Assembly (NCBI GenBank): GCA_963674825.1
Contig: OY771587.1
Location: 1,760,001-1,824,000 of the forward strand
Reading direction: 5' to 3'
From: Candidatus Cloacimonadales bacterium
Lineage (GTDB): Bacteria; Cloacimonadota; Cloacimonadia; Cloacimonadales; JAIOQZ01
Length of the DNA: 64,000 nucleotides
In this document: positions 52,320 to 61,624 of the stretch, in pieces
Numbering within the stretch: position 1 is the stretch's first letter
Layout: each line of letters starts with the position of its first letter
Notes under the pieces: model-generated
Databases searched by the model: none
Told to the model about the DNA's origin: nothing
What the model saw: the letters and a program-made list of their open reading frames with translations, nothing else
Made by a program: the position numbers and the translations under genes

Positions 52320-52422
52320 CCCTCATCCCCCGCCTTCTCCCACAAGTGGGCGAAGGAGCAAAGAGGAATCGCCATTCTGCGTGTACCCTCTTCCCGCTTG
52401 CGGGAGAGGGACAGGGTGAGGG
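52320..52422. repeat. Inverted pair of REP-like palindromes
   Basis: ccctcatcccccgccttctcccacaagtgggcgaagg ... ccctcttcccgcttgcgggagagggacagggtgaggg. Confidence 0.7.
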
Positions 52423-52425
52423 TTT

Positions 52426-54027
52426 CTATTTCAACAAGGTAACCTTCTGTGTTCTGAGCGTCCTATCTCCTGCATTCAGTTTACAGAAATAGACCCCACT
52501 GGCGAAATCTCCGGCATTCCAGGTGATGGTCTCTTGTGTTGTTCTTATGGGAATGGTTTCTATTTTCTGCCCTTTGGCATTAAATATCTCGATATGTAAG
52601 TCTTTGTAATTCTGATCGGTAGCAATCTCGAACGACACCTCCGGATTGAACGGATTGGGGTAGGCATTGAACGTGATATCCGCCGGTGGCACGGTCTCGT
52701 CGTCAATCGGTGTCGGATCTTGTTCAACTAATCCGGCATGGCCGCCATAGACATAGACATCGCCATAGTTGTTTGGATTATCCCAGTTCTGCCCCCAAGC
52801 CCCCACAGCAATGTCATCGAATCCATCATTATTGAAATCTCCGACAGCGCTGGGACCATAACCATAATGCCCATCGAATTCATCGTAATCCTTTGTTCCG
52901 TTCTGATTACCGAGATAGAAATAAAGGCATCCCCCATATTCCGTTGGATAAGTATCAACGTAGTCAATCTTCTGGTCTCCGTTAATATCTCCTACTGCTG
53001 GTCTGAAAAAATTGTATGTCTCAATATACGTATATCGATCCCAATCGATCGTTTCACCGCCTCGCCACAAACGGGTACCAAGGGCAGTGAATTCTTCGTC
53101 GATATCATAATAGGTGAATGCAAAATCGTCATATCCATCTCCATCCCAGTCGCCTGCAGGTGTAAGCTCATACCAATTTGAAGTACCATATGTACGTCTT
53201 TCATAATCGAGCGATGCATCCGGGATCGTGTCCTGTATGGTTCCGCCCCAGAAGAAGCGATCATAGTGATAGTACGTATTGGTTCCATCGGTATTATCAA
53301 CATAATCCCCCTCGTAATAATAGCTGAAATCATCGTAGCCGTCATTGTTCACGTCACCAAGTCCTCGGAATCCACGTCCATTATGCGTATAGATGCTGTC
53401 AACAAACACCACCTTCTCGAAGCTGCCACCGTAGATGATCGAGTAGGTGAGATGGTTGCTTTTTTCCTCCGTTACCCCCGCGTCGTCGTACCCGTCGCCG
53501 TTGATGTCGCCCAGGGGGTGGAGATCGATGTTTGAAAATGAAGAGGGAGACTCCCAGATGTAATCTATAAGTGAATCTCCTATTGTATTGCCCATGAGTA
53601 TATTATGATAGTAATGGTAAGTGTTGTCAATCTCTCGATACGCACTAATAAACGATAAATCATCGCAACCGTCTCCGTTTAAATCTCCGATACCATTTAG
53701 ATGCATTACCTGATAAATTCTGTTATATGTTGTTGTATCTATATCTGCCGTATAAGTTACATCAGGGGATTCACTCAGTCCTTCATCAGAACCGTAATAG
53801 ATATAGAGCTTGCCCCTGATACTCTCATTATTTTCATCATAAAGGAATCGATAAGCTGTCACCGCCAGATCATCAATGTTGTCTCCATTGAAATCGAGTG
53901 CGACAACATTCTTTCCGAAACTGTCATTTGCTTGCTCGCCGTGTTGCTGCCATACAATATCGAGCTGGTTGTTGGCAATTAAAAGAACGCTAATAGTGAG
54001 TAAGATGGCTATACAAAGGTATCGCAT
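52426..54027 (-). CDS. Secreted FG-GAP-repeat (integrin-like beta-propeller) protein with Por-type C-terminal tail
   Basis: Repeated 'GD.NGDG.DD' motifs; 'AYPNPFNP...SGVYFCKL'; start MRYLCIA after RBS ggagg. Confidence 0.85.
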   Translation of the reverse strand: MRYLCIAILLTISVLLIANNQLDIVWQQHGEQANDSFGKNVVALDFNGDNIDDLAVTAYRFLYDENNESIRGKLYIYYGSDEGLSESPDVTYTADIDTTTYNRIYQVMHLNGIGDLNGDGCDDLSFISAYREIDNTYHYYHNILMGNTIGDSLIDYIWESPSSFSNIDLHPLGDINGDGYDDAGVTEEKSNHLTYSIIYGGSFEKVVFVDSIYTHNGRGFRGLGDVNNDGYDDFSYYYEGDYVDNTDGTNTYYHYDRFFWGGTIQDTIPDASLDYERRTYGTSNWYELTPAGDWDGDGYDDFAFTYYDIDEEFTALGTRLWRGGETIDWDRYTYIETYNFFRPAVGDINGDQKIDYVDTYPTEYGGCLYFYLGNQNGTKDYDEFDGHYGYGPSAVGDFNNDGFDDIAVGAWGQNWDNPNNYGDVYVYGGHAGLVEQDPTPIDDETVPPADITFNAYPNPFNPEVSFEIATDQNYKDLHIEIFNAKGQKIETIPIRTTQETITWNAGDFASGVYFCKLNAGDRTLRTQKVTLLK

Positions 54028-54231
54028 GGTACCCTCCCATAAATTTTTCTGAATCCCTCTGTACAGAATTTTGATAATCATTCGGCTATAGTCAAGATTT
54101 TTATTGTGTACATCCGCGATTTTAATAGCAATCTTAGTGTAATGCATAGCCAGAAAGTATATAATCCATTTATAACATTATAAATTCATTAAATTACATA
54201 CTCCCCCAACAAGACCATCAAGGAGAAAATC

Positions 54232-55233
54232 ATGAAAGCATCTCAATTGAAAGAAACGCTGGCGTATGCCATCAAGAACAAGCTGCCCGTGCTGATCAAG
54301 GGCGCGCCTGGAACCGGCAAGAGCGATCTGGTGGCGCAAGCATGCCATGAAGCCGGAGCCGACCTCATTATCAGTCATCCCGTGGTGTCCGATCCGACCG
54401 ACTACAAAGGACTGCCATTCCCTGTTGCGGACAAGGACGAAGCCACCTTTCTGCCCTTCGGCGATCTACTAAGGTTAATCCGCGCCGAGAAACCTACCGT
54501 GTTCTTTCTGGACGATCTTGGACAGGCACCCGCAAGCGTTCAGAGTGCTGTCATGCAGCTGATCTTGGCGCGTCGGGTCAATGGGCACAGCGTGTCGGAG
54601 CATGTCGTGTTTCTGGCGGCAACCAACCGTCGCGAGGACAAAGCAGGTGTGATGGGTATCCTGGAGCCGGTGAAGAGTCGTTTTGCCGCGATTGTCGAGC
54701 TGGAGGTGGACGTCGATGACTGGGTTACGTGGGCGTTCCGCGAGGAAATGCCGGCGGAGTTGATCGCCTTCATCCGCTACCGACCGCATCTGCTCCACGA
54801 CTTCAAACCTACCGCCGATATCGTCAACACGCCCTCTCCTCGAACCGTCGCATATGTGGGCACGATGATGAAGAATGGTTTACCCGAAGACCTGACCTAC
54901 GAGCTGATCGCTGGCGCTGCTGGAGAAGGTTTTGCGACGGAACTCATCGGCTTCCTGAACATTTTCAGGGACTTGCCGGATATCCCGACGTTGATCAAGA
55001 ACCCCGAGAAAGCTGTCGTACCTGAAGAGCTATCGCTGTTATTTGCCATCTGCGGCGCGTTGGTACAGCAGGCGAATCGCAAGAACTTCGGGCATATCCT
55101 GTCCTATGCGGAGCGCATCCCACCGGAGTTTCAGGTGCTGCTGGTCAACGATGCTCAGCGTCGAAATCAAGCGCTCTCGTCCTGTCCCGCCTTCGCCCAG
55201 TGGGCAATCGATCACTACGATATCGTTTTCTAG
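54232..55233 (+). CDS. MoxR-like AAA+ ATPase
   Basis: Walker A 'GAPGTGKS', Walker B 'FFLDD', 'AATNR', 'SRF', 'PSPRT'. Confidence 0.85.
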   Translation: MKASQLKETLAYAIKNKLPVLIKGAPGTGKSDLVAQACHEAGADLIISHPVVSDPTDYKGLPFPVADKDEATFLPFGDLLRLIRAEKPTVFFLDDLGQAPASVQSAVMQLILARRVNGHSVSEHVVFLAATNRREDKAGVMGILEPVKSRFAAIVELEVDVDDWVTWAFREEMPAELIAFIRYRPHLLHDFKPTADIVNTPSPRTVAYVGTMMKNGLPEDLTYELIAGAAGEGFATELIGFLNIFRDLPDIPTLIKNPEKAVVPEELSLLFAICGALVQQANRKNFGHILSYAERIPPEFQVLLVNDAQRRNQALSSCPAFAQWAIDHYDIVF

Positions 55234-55374
55234 CACCCCCTTGATAAAGTGTAGGTTTTCGGAACGGAAACCTGAATCTCTCAACAGGGATTAAGGGGGA
55301 TTCCCCTTTTCTTTAATCGCCTTCATAAACACACAAACCACTATCCAAACATTAATTACAACAAGGAGACCACT

Positions 55375-56232
55375 ATGCCTATCCAAAACAAAGCCATGAT
55401 CGCCCACCTGCATATCTCGACGTGGACTGCGCGAAAATTCGACCGCCGTGTGACCCGCGAGATCGAGGACAACTACGCTGCCAGCAACTCCGGTCGTTAC
55501 AACAAGATACTCATCGCGACCGAGTACCTGGGCAAAATCCAGAAGATCGCCTCCGCAGCCCGTGCCTACCACTATGAAAACACCCTGCCCTGGATGGACA
55601 ACGGCGGACGACTGCTTCCCACCGCCAATTACTTCACCTATGTTCAGCAGATGGACGAATACCGCGCCGAGTTTCTGCGTGAGGTGAACGCCTTTCTGGA
55701 CAGCTATCCCGACTACCAGCAGGAAGCGAGAAACCGCCTCAACGGGATGTACTCCATCGAGGATTACCCTGACATCGATCGTCTGCGACAGAAGTACGCT
55801 TTCTCCGTTCGCATGGCGCCGATCGCTGACGCGGAAGATTTTCGTGTGAGTCTGAATGACGAAGACGTCAAAGCCATCCGTGAGGACTATCGCAAGCAAC
55901 TCGAAGACGGACTGCGTGAAGCACACCAAGACCTGTGGAAACGGTTGCATGGGGTGGTCGGTCACATGCTGGAGCGGCTTTCGACTGCCGATGCGAGGTT
56001 CAAGAATAGCCTGGTCGAGAACATCCGCGATATCTGCCGACTGATGCCCAAGCTCAATATCACCGAAGACCCGCTACTCGACCAGATGGTGGATGAAATC
56101 AAGCAGAAGCTGACCATCCACGCGCCGGAGGTACTACGCAATGACCCGGAAATCCGCAGCGATACGGCTTTGGCAGCGAAACAGATCATCGAGAAGATGC
56201 GGCATTATGCGCCCCTTCGGGAGGCGTCATGA
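55375..56232 (+). CDS. Conserved mobile-element protein (DUF3150-like) between the AAA and vWA genes
   Basis: 'HISTWTARKFD', 'YENTLPWMDNGGRLLP', 'KLNITEDP'. The family call is from recall and position. Confidence 0.5.
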   Translation: MPIQNKAMIAHLHISTWTARKFDRRVTREIEDNYAASNSGRYNKILIATEYLGKIQKIASAARAYHYENTLPWMDNGGRLLPTANYFTYVQQMDEYRAEFLREVNAFLDSYPDYQQEARNRLNGMYSIEDYPDIDRLRQKYAFSVRMAPIADAEDFRVSLNDEDVKAIREDYRKQLEDGLREAHQDLWKRLHGVVGHMLERLSTADARFKNSLVENIRDICRLMPKLNITEDPLLDQMVDEIKQKLTIHAPEVLRNDPEIRSDTALAAKQIIEKMRHYAPLREAS

Positions 56233-57341
56233 ACGCGCGGGAAAAGCTGATCAAGGCAAGGGCGGGTCTGGTTTTGGGTTCGCCCTTTTTCGCAAGTATC
56301 GCGCTCCATCTGAAGCTCGTCGAGGACGCCACCTGCGAGACCGCCTATACCGACTCGGTCGTACTGGGTTATAGCCCGTCTTTCATCGACGAACTGACTC
56401 TGGCGGAGACCAAAGCGCTGATCTGTCACGAGGTGATGCATGTCGCCATGCTGCACGCCTTCCGCAGAAAGAACCGCGATCATCAGATGTGGAACGTAGC
56501 CTGCGACTACGCCATCAATCCCGTGATCGACAAAACCGGGATGCTGTTGCCCGATGGCGCACTCTTCCATCATCAGTACGACAATATGGAAGCAGAAGCG
56601 ATCTATGCAAGGTTGCAGCAAGATAAGACGAGGAAACGACACCAGAAGCCATCCTTCGGTGAGGTGCGGGACTACAAACCCAAGCCCGGTGACCTGCCCA
56701 TGCCACAGCAGATGCAGAACACGAAGATACAAGTCTCGCAAGCCATGACAACCGCCAGAATGCAAGGAAAGTTGCCCCAAGACATGGAGCGCACGATCAA
56801 CGAAATCCTTCAGCCGCAGCTGCCCTGGAAAGAAATCCTGAGTCGTTTCATCACCCAAAACTCCCGAAACGACTACCGATGGAAACAACCCAACGGCAGA
56901 TATCTGCATGCGGGGCTATACCTGCCAACGCTATCAGCCCCATCGCTCGGAACCATTGCTGTCCTGATCGATACCAGCGGCTCCGTCAACCAGACGGAAC
57001 TCGATCTATTCGCCTCAGAGCTGAAATCCATCCTCGCATCCTACCCCGACACAACCATCCACGTCGCCTACGTCGATAGCCACGTAGCCCACCACCACGA
57101 CCTCGCCCTCCACGATTTCCATCTCGAAGCCCAAGGCGGAGGTGGCACCGACTACCGACCCGGTTTCGCCCACATCGAAGATAACTTGATCAACCCCTCC
57201 TGCATCCTCTACTTCACCGACGGCTACTGCGACGCCTTCCCCGATTCATGCGATACTCCAACCCTGTGGATCGTGACGGAACGGCAACGTTTCTCGCCGC
57301 CGTTTGGAGAGGTCGTATATTTGAAGAATGACCAACGATAA
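56229..57341 (+). CDS. DUF2201-type metallopeptidase / vWA protein
   Basis: 'CHEVMHVAMLH', 'WNVACDYAIN', MIDAS 'IDTSGS', 'GGGGTDY', 'YFTDGY'. Confidence 0.88.
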   Translation: MNAREKLIKARAGLVLGSPFFASIALHLKLVEDATCETAYTDSVVLGYSPSFIDELTLAETKALICHEVMHVAMLHAFRRKNRDHQMWNVACDYAINPVIDKTGMLLPDGALFHHQYDNMEAEAIYARLQQDKTRKRHQKPSFGEVRDYKPKPGDLPMPQQMQNTKIQVSQAMTTARMQGKLPQDMERTINEILQPQLPWKEILSRFITQNSRNDYRWKQPNGRYLHAGLYLPTLSAPSLGTIAVLIDTSGSVNQTELDLFASELKSILASYPDTTIHVAYVDSHVAHHHDLALHDFHLEAQGGGGTDYRPGFAHIEDNLINPSCILYFTDGYCDAFPDSCDTPTLWIVTERQRFSPPFGEVVYLKNDQR

Positions 57342-57369
57342 AGGCAGGAGAATACCCTCTGCCTTTTTT
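57341..57369 (+). terminator. Terminator separating the AAA-vWA operon from the cas operon
   Basis: aaggcag...ctgcctt followed by a T-tract. Confidence 0.6.
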
Positions 57370-57545
57370 AGCTATCAGTGCAATTTGCTTGACATTGCGT
57401 AATGGAGCTTATTGATATGGCAAGTATGATTCAGCGCTTTGTCCAAAATGTAAGTATCTTGTTATTTCGGCATGTGCCATGCCTTATATAGCTATAGCAT
57501 CCCTACGAACATAATGAGCCTCAATGCACTAGTAAGGAGACGCCT

Positions 57546-58868
57546 ATGTGCTCTAACGATCAACGCTATAATCTTCTCGATGAGAAATGGTTACCTGTCC
57601 TGACACTTCGTGGAAAGAATGAAAAGCTTGGCATCATCGAAACGCTCGAACAGGCGGCTTCAATCCGCCAAATCGCCCCCAGCAACCCCATGGACCGGTT
57701 CGCGGTCTTCCGGTTTTTGCTGGCTGTGTGCTATTGGTGCGCGGATCGGACAAAGATGCCATTCTCCAAAAATGGTTCTAAGATACCGAGTGAGTGGATC
57801 ATTTTCCTTGAAAGGCGGCGTGATTGCTTTAATCTGCTGGGGGATGGGAAGAGGTTTTATCAATCTAAGAATGGGCATGAGCAATCAATAACCTACTTGA
57901 TTCATGAACTCCCATCAGGTACAAACCATGAGTTTATCAGGCATGTTTGTGATGATCGCTCAGGTTTATGTCCGGCATGTTGCGCACTTGGATTGATTCG
58001 ATTACCTGTATTCACGACAAGCGGTGGAAGAGGCTATTCACCGGGAATCAATGGCACTCCCCCATTGTACATGATTTCTTGGGGTTATAATCTGTATGAA
58101 TTGCTTCGAGCAAATTGGAGAATATCTGATAGCATTGGCCCTCCTTCATGGGATCCCGGCATTCAAGCAAGCATTTCATCAGAAGATATTCCATTACTGG
58201 CAGGATTAACCTCACTTCCTCGATATGTTTGGCTGAAGGAACCAGATCGTGACGAGAATACCGGTATTTGTTCTTTTTGCGGTATACGAACCGATAAACT
58301 TATATCACATTGCGAATACAGTCCGGTAGCAGGAGTTTTCTCCGAGAGTTGGAAAGATCCTTACATCATCGATATCAGTACATCATCGAAACGCAAATCG
58401 CTCATGGTATATAATCTGAAATCCCCAGGCAAGTTCACATTCGATAGAAGGACAAATGAACAACTACCGATGACCCCATCTTGTAATAAGATGTTACTCA
58501 TTGGTTTCTGTGCCGATAAAGCTGAAAACGTTGATGTCTGGGAAAAAACCATTACTCTGTCGTCATCATCCTCTGAGGAAGAAATGGGATCTGTCTGGAA
58601 CATAGCAGCAAGAGAAATCACGAAGAAAGTCAAAGCTCCATTCATTCTTCAAAAAGCAAGACCTCACGTCGAGCAGCTGGTCGCGAATCACATGACCGAC
58701 CTGCTATCGGGCAACGGAAATTACACCTGGGATGACGCCGCGAACGAATACGCACCGTTCATGGAAGCTGCGGCCGAATCGCTCACACCGGATGTGACAA
58801 TCAGGGATGCCCGAAAGCGCAGGGAGATCACACAGGTACGTCCCAAGCTCCCGAAGGAGGACAAGTAA
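57546..58868 (+). CDS. cas8e: Type I-E Cascade large subunit Cas8e (Cse1/CasA), short (440 aa)
   Basis: 'YNLLDEKWLPV', 'FNLLGDGKRFYQ', 'LCPACCALGL', 'GGRGYSPGING', 'WKDPY'; first gene of the operon. Confidence 0.88.
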   Translation: MCSNDQRYNLLDEKWLPVLTLRGKNEKLGIIETLEQAASIRQIAPSNPMDRFAVFRFLLAVCYWCADRTKMPFSKNGSKIPSEWIIFLERRRDCFNLLGDGKRFYQSKNGHEQSITYLIHELPSGTNHEFIRHVCDDRSGLCPACCALGLIRLPVFTTSGGRGYSPGINGTPPLYMISWGYNLYELLRANWRISDSIGPPSWDPGIQASISSEDIPLLAGLTSLPRYVWLKEPDRDENTGICSFCGIRTDKLISHCEYSPVAGVFSESWKDPYIIDISTSSKRKSLMVYNLKSPGKFTFDRRTNEQLPMTPSCNKMLLIGFCADKAENVDVWEKTITLSSSSSEEEMGSVWNIAAREITKKVKAPFILQKARPHVEQLVANHMTDLLSGNGNYTWDDAANEYAPFMEAAAESLTPDVTIRDARKRREITQVRPKLPKEDK

Positions 58869-58869
58869 G

Positions 58870-59358
58870 ATGGCAAGTATCAGCACCTATCGTTTCATCA
58901 TCAACCTTTCGAAGCTCAAATCGGGCGAGCTCAGTCTCCTGCGCACCCACGCCGATCAGGGCCTCGACGAGAGCCTGCAAGGTTTCGATATCTTTACCGG
59001 CATCTGGTGGCCACTCAGGCAGAAGAATCAGCGTGCTCCACGCCGAAGCGTGGCGTGGCTTGTCTGCAAGCTCTACGCCGTCGCACCATTGCCTTTCGAA
59101 AAGGGCGAACACATCATGACGCTCCTTGCCAAGCGACGAAAACAGTTGGATAACGATAAAAGAGATCGTTTCGACAAGCGCGTCGATGAAATGCTCGTGC
59201 AGTCGCTCGATACCATCGAGCCTCATCTTCGGTGGGCCTTGCGAGAGATCGCAAAGCTCGGGTCTCTCGACTGGGCACAGCTTACCGATGATCTTTCCAT
59301 CTGGGAAAGACAGACCACCCGACAAAAATGGATCAACCAATACATCATTCAGCAATAA
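58870..59358 (+). CDS. cas11: Type I-E small subunit Cas11 (Cse2/CasB)
   Basis: ~160-aa helical protein between cas8e and cas7; 'GELSLLR', 'LDWAQLTDDLSIW...QKW'. Confidence 0.8.
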   Translation: MASISTYRFIINLSKLKSGELSLLRTHADQGLDESLQGFDIFTGIWWPLRQKNQRAPRRSVAWLVCKLYAVAPLPFEKGEHIMTLLAKRRKQLDNDKRDRFDKRVDEMLVQSLDTIEPHLRWALREIAKLGSLDWAQLTDDLSIWERQTTRQKWINQYIIQQ

Positions 59359-59370
59359 CAGGAGGAACCC

Positions 59371-60501
59371 ATGCTTATCGAGATTCACGCTATCCAGAAC
59401 CACGCCCCAAGCAACCTCAACCGCGACGACCTCGGCGCACCCAAGACAACCATGTTCGGCGGCTACCTCAGAAGCCGTATCTCCAGCCAATGCCTCAAAC
59501 GTAGTATCCGCACCAGTGACCAATTCAAAGACCTGCTCGGTGGTGTAAGAACCCGCAGGTTGGTACAACTGATAGAAGATCAAATCGAAGGCACGGATGA
59601 TATCAAGACCAAGGTAAGGAAACGTGCGCTCAAAGTGCTCGACAAACTCAATATCGCAGGGAAGAAAGACGAAAGCTCCATGCTGGTTTATACAACCAAA
59701 GACGCTATCTCGAAAATGGCGACAATGTTACTTGAATACCAGGGGGACGAGAAAGACGTAGATGAAGTCTTCAAGGATCAATTCGTTACCCTGATCTCTT
59801 CGAGCACTGCCGTTCCAGATATGGCGCTATGCGGTCGAATGCTGGAGCCGACCGGCGATATCTGGAAGCATAGGAACAACACTGTCGAAGCTGCCCTGCA
59901 AGCCGCGCACGCGATATCGACCCATGAAGCGCGTCCAGAGATCGATTACTACGTCGCAGCAGATGATGTGAAAGGTAAAGACGCGGGGGCAGGATTCGTC
60001 GATGAAGCCCTCTATTCATCCTCTTGCTTCTACAAGTACTTCTCCATCGACTGGGATCAGCTTGTTGGCAATCTTGGCGGTCAGGTCGATCTGGCGGCGC
60101 ACACAGTCGGCGCGTTCATCCGTGCCATGGCGCTGACAACACCGAGCGGTAAACAGAACAGCTATGCCGCGCACAATCCACCGGATGGTATTCTCGTCGT
60201 AATCAAGAAGGATAACAAGACGCCCATCAGCTACGCCAACGCCTTCGTGAAGCCGGTCAGACCCGGTCAGCGAGACCTGGTGGAAGAAAGCATCGCGCAA
60301 CTGGCGCAGTATGTCTCCGAGCTCGATGAAGGCTTCGGTATACAGGCAGAGCGATACTGGTTCTCGCCGGGTAAACGTTACGAATTCAAGAATATGGACT
60401 GCCTTAGCAACTTTGACCAGTTCATCACGGCAATCATGAAAGAGATGGGCTTTGACTGGCAGGATGTCCAGAAAGCGATCGTGGCGGTTCATGATGCGTG
60501 A
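59371..60501 (+). CDS. cas7: Type I-E backbone Cas7 (Cse4/CasC)
   Basis: 'IEIHAIQNHAPSNLNRDDLGAPKT', 'RISSQCLKR', 'AHAISTH', 'PSGKQNSYA'. Confidence 0.96.
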   Translation: MLIEIHAIQNHAPSNLNRDDLGAPKTTMFGGYLRSRISSQCLKRSIRTSDQFKDLLGGVRTRRLVQLIEDQIEGTDDIKTKVRKRALKVLDKLNIAGKKDESSMLVYTTKDAISKMATMLLEYQGDEKDVDEVFKDQFVTLISSSTAVPDMALCGRMLEPTGDIWKHRNNTVEAALQAAHAISTHEARPEIDYYVAADDVKGKDAGAGFVDEALYSSSCFYKYFSIDWDQLVGNLGGQVDLAAHTVGAFIRAMALTTPSGKQNSYAAHNPPDGILVVIKKDNKTPISYANAFVKPVRPGQRDLVEESIAQLAQYVSELDEGFGIQAERYWFSPGKRYEFKNMDCLSNFDQFITAIMKEMGFDWQDVQKAIVAVHDA

Positions 60502-61624
60502 CAACACCCTGTTCCTGCGTCTGGAAGGACCGATGCAGGCGTGGGGAAGCCATGAATCGAAGTTCGTGATCCGGCGCACGAAGGAAGCGCCCACCAAGTC
60601 CGGCGTTATCGGCATGCTCTGCGCCGCGATGGGTCTATCTCGTCTGGAAGCGCAAGACGGCTGGCTCGAAAGGCTATCGGAACTCGAAATGGGCGTGCGC
60701 ATCGATCGCCCCGGCATCCGCTGGTGGGACTGGCATACCGTGGGTGCGGGCATGAAGATGGCAACGGCTGAAGGCGGCAAGAAAGACGGCCCCATGCTCA
60801 CCCGTCGCGAATACCTCTGCGACGCGAGTTTCCTGGTAGCGCTTCGGGATGGCGAAGACCTGATCGATACCCTGTCATCCGCACTCGAAAATCCCGTCTG
60901 GGCGCTATTCCTGGGCCGCAAGAACTGCCCGATGTCGCGACCGGTCAACGAGCACGGCACAAGTAGGTTCGGTTCGCTCGAAGAAGCCCTCGCATCGATC
61001 CCGTGGCCAAGAAGGCATGAAACCTTTATCCAGAAACCGGATCACCTCGACCTGATCCTCGACTGGCGCCCCACCGAAGATCAGCCCGAAGCTCCCGGAA
61101 GAGCCGAAGTCTGGTACGACGTTCCCTTCACCTTCGATCCTCCGTCGCACAGACCGCGTTTTGTCGTTCGATCGTCGATGATTGTCGGCGAAAACGGCGA
61201 TGTGAAGCGCAGTAATGTGATACAGGGCGTAAAAGGCGCATACTCTTCAGAACGCCCCCGCGCCAACTACCAGAATACCGAGTTCCGCAAGAAACGCGCA
61301 GAACGCCTGGAGCAGGATCAAGGTCGCTGCACCTTCTGTGGTTCACCGGCTTCCACGGTCCAGCACATTACCTATCGACGTGCCGGTGGTAATGAATCGC
61401 CCGACGACCTGAAGTCACTGTGCCGTCTCTGCCACGACGCTATCACCATGCTCGAATACGGCGCCAACATGGGCATCGATCGCATCGATCCCACCGATGA
61501 GAAATGGCGTGAGCGTATCCTCGAAAAACGCGCCGAGATCGTGAAATTCCGCAGCAAGAAGACCCGTGATCGCAGATTCAAGGAAAAGGAGGGCGATGAT
61601 GTACCTGTCACAACTACTGATTGA
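60491..61624 (+). CDS. cas5: Cas5e (CasD) fused to a C-terminal HNH endonuclease
   Basis: N-terminal 'LRLEGPMQAWG...PTKSGVIGMLCAAMG...RREYLCDASF...LFLGRKNC'; C-terminal 'RCTFCG...VQHITY...DLKSLCRLCH'. Confidence 0.92.
   Translation: MMRDNTLFLRLEGPMQAWGSHESKFVIRRTKEAPTKSGVIGMLCAAMGLSRLEAQDGWLERLSELEMGVRIDRPGIRWWDWHTVGAGMKMATAEGGKKDGPMLTRREYLCDASFLVALRDGEDLIDTLSSALENPVWALFLGRKNCPMSRPVNEHGTSRFGSLEEALASIPWPRRHETFIQKPDHLDLILDWRPTEDQPEAPGRAEVWYDVPFTFDPPSHRPRFVVRSSMIVGENGDVKRSNVIQGVKGAYSSERPRANYQNTEFRKKRAERLEQDQGRCTFCGSPASTVQHITYRRAGGNESPDDLKSLCRLCHDAITMLEYGANMGIDRIDPTDEKWRERILEKRAEIVKFRSKKTRDRRFKEKEGDDVPVTTTD

Noticed and set aside
54232..55233. Cas3 substitute or TnsC of a CRISPR-associated transposon
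   Set aside because: It is a MoxR-like AAA paired with a vWA protein; there are no helicase/HD motifs and no tnsB or tniQ.
36734..57341. Complete prophage or conjugative ICE
   Set aside because: No terminase, capsid, tail, relaxase or T4SS genes are recognisable in the window.
60016..60960. 314-aa minus-strand ORF inside the cas operon
   Set aside because: Antisense shadow of cas7/cas5 with no recognisable motif.
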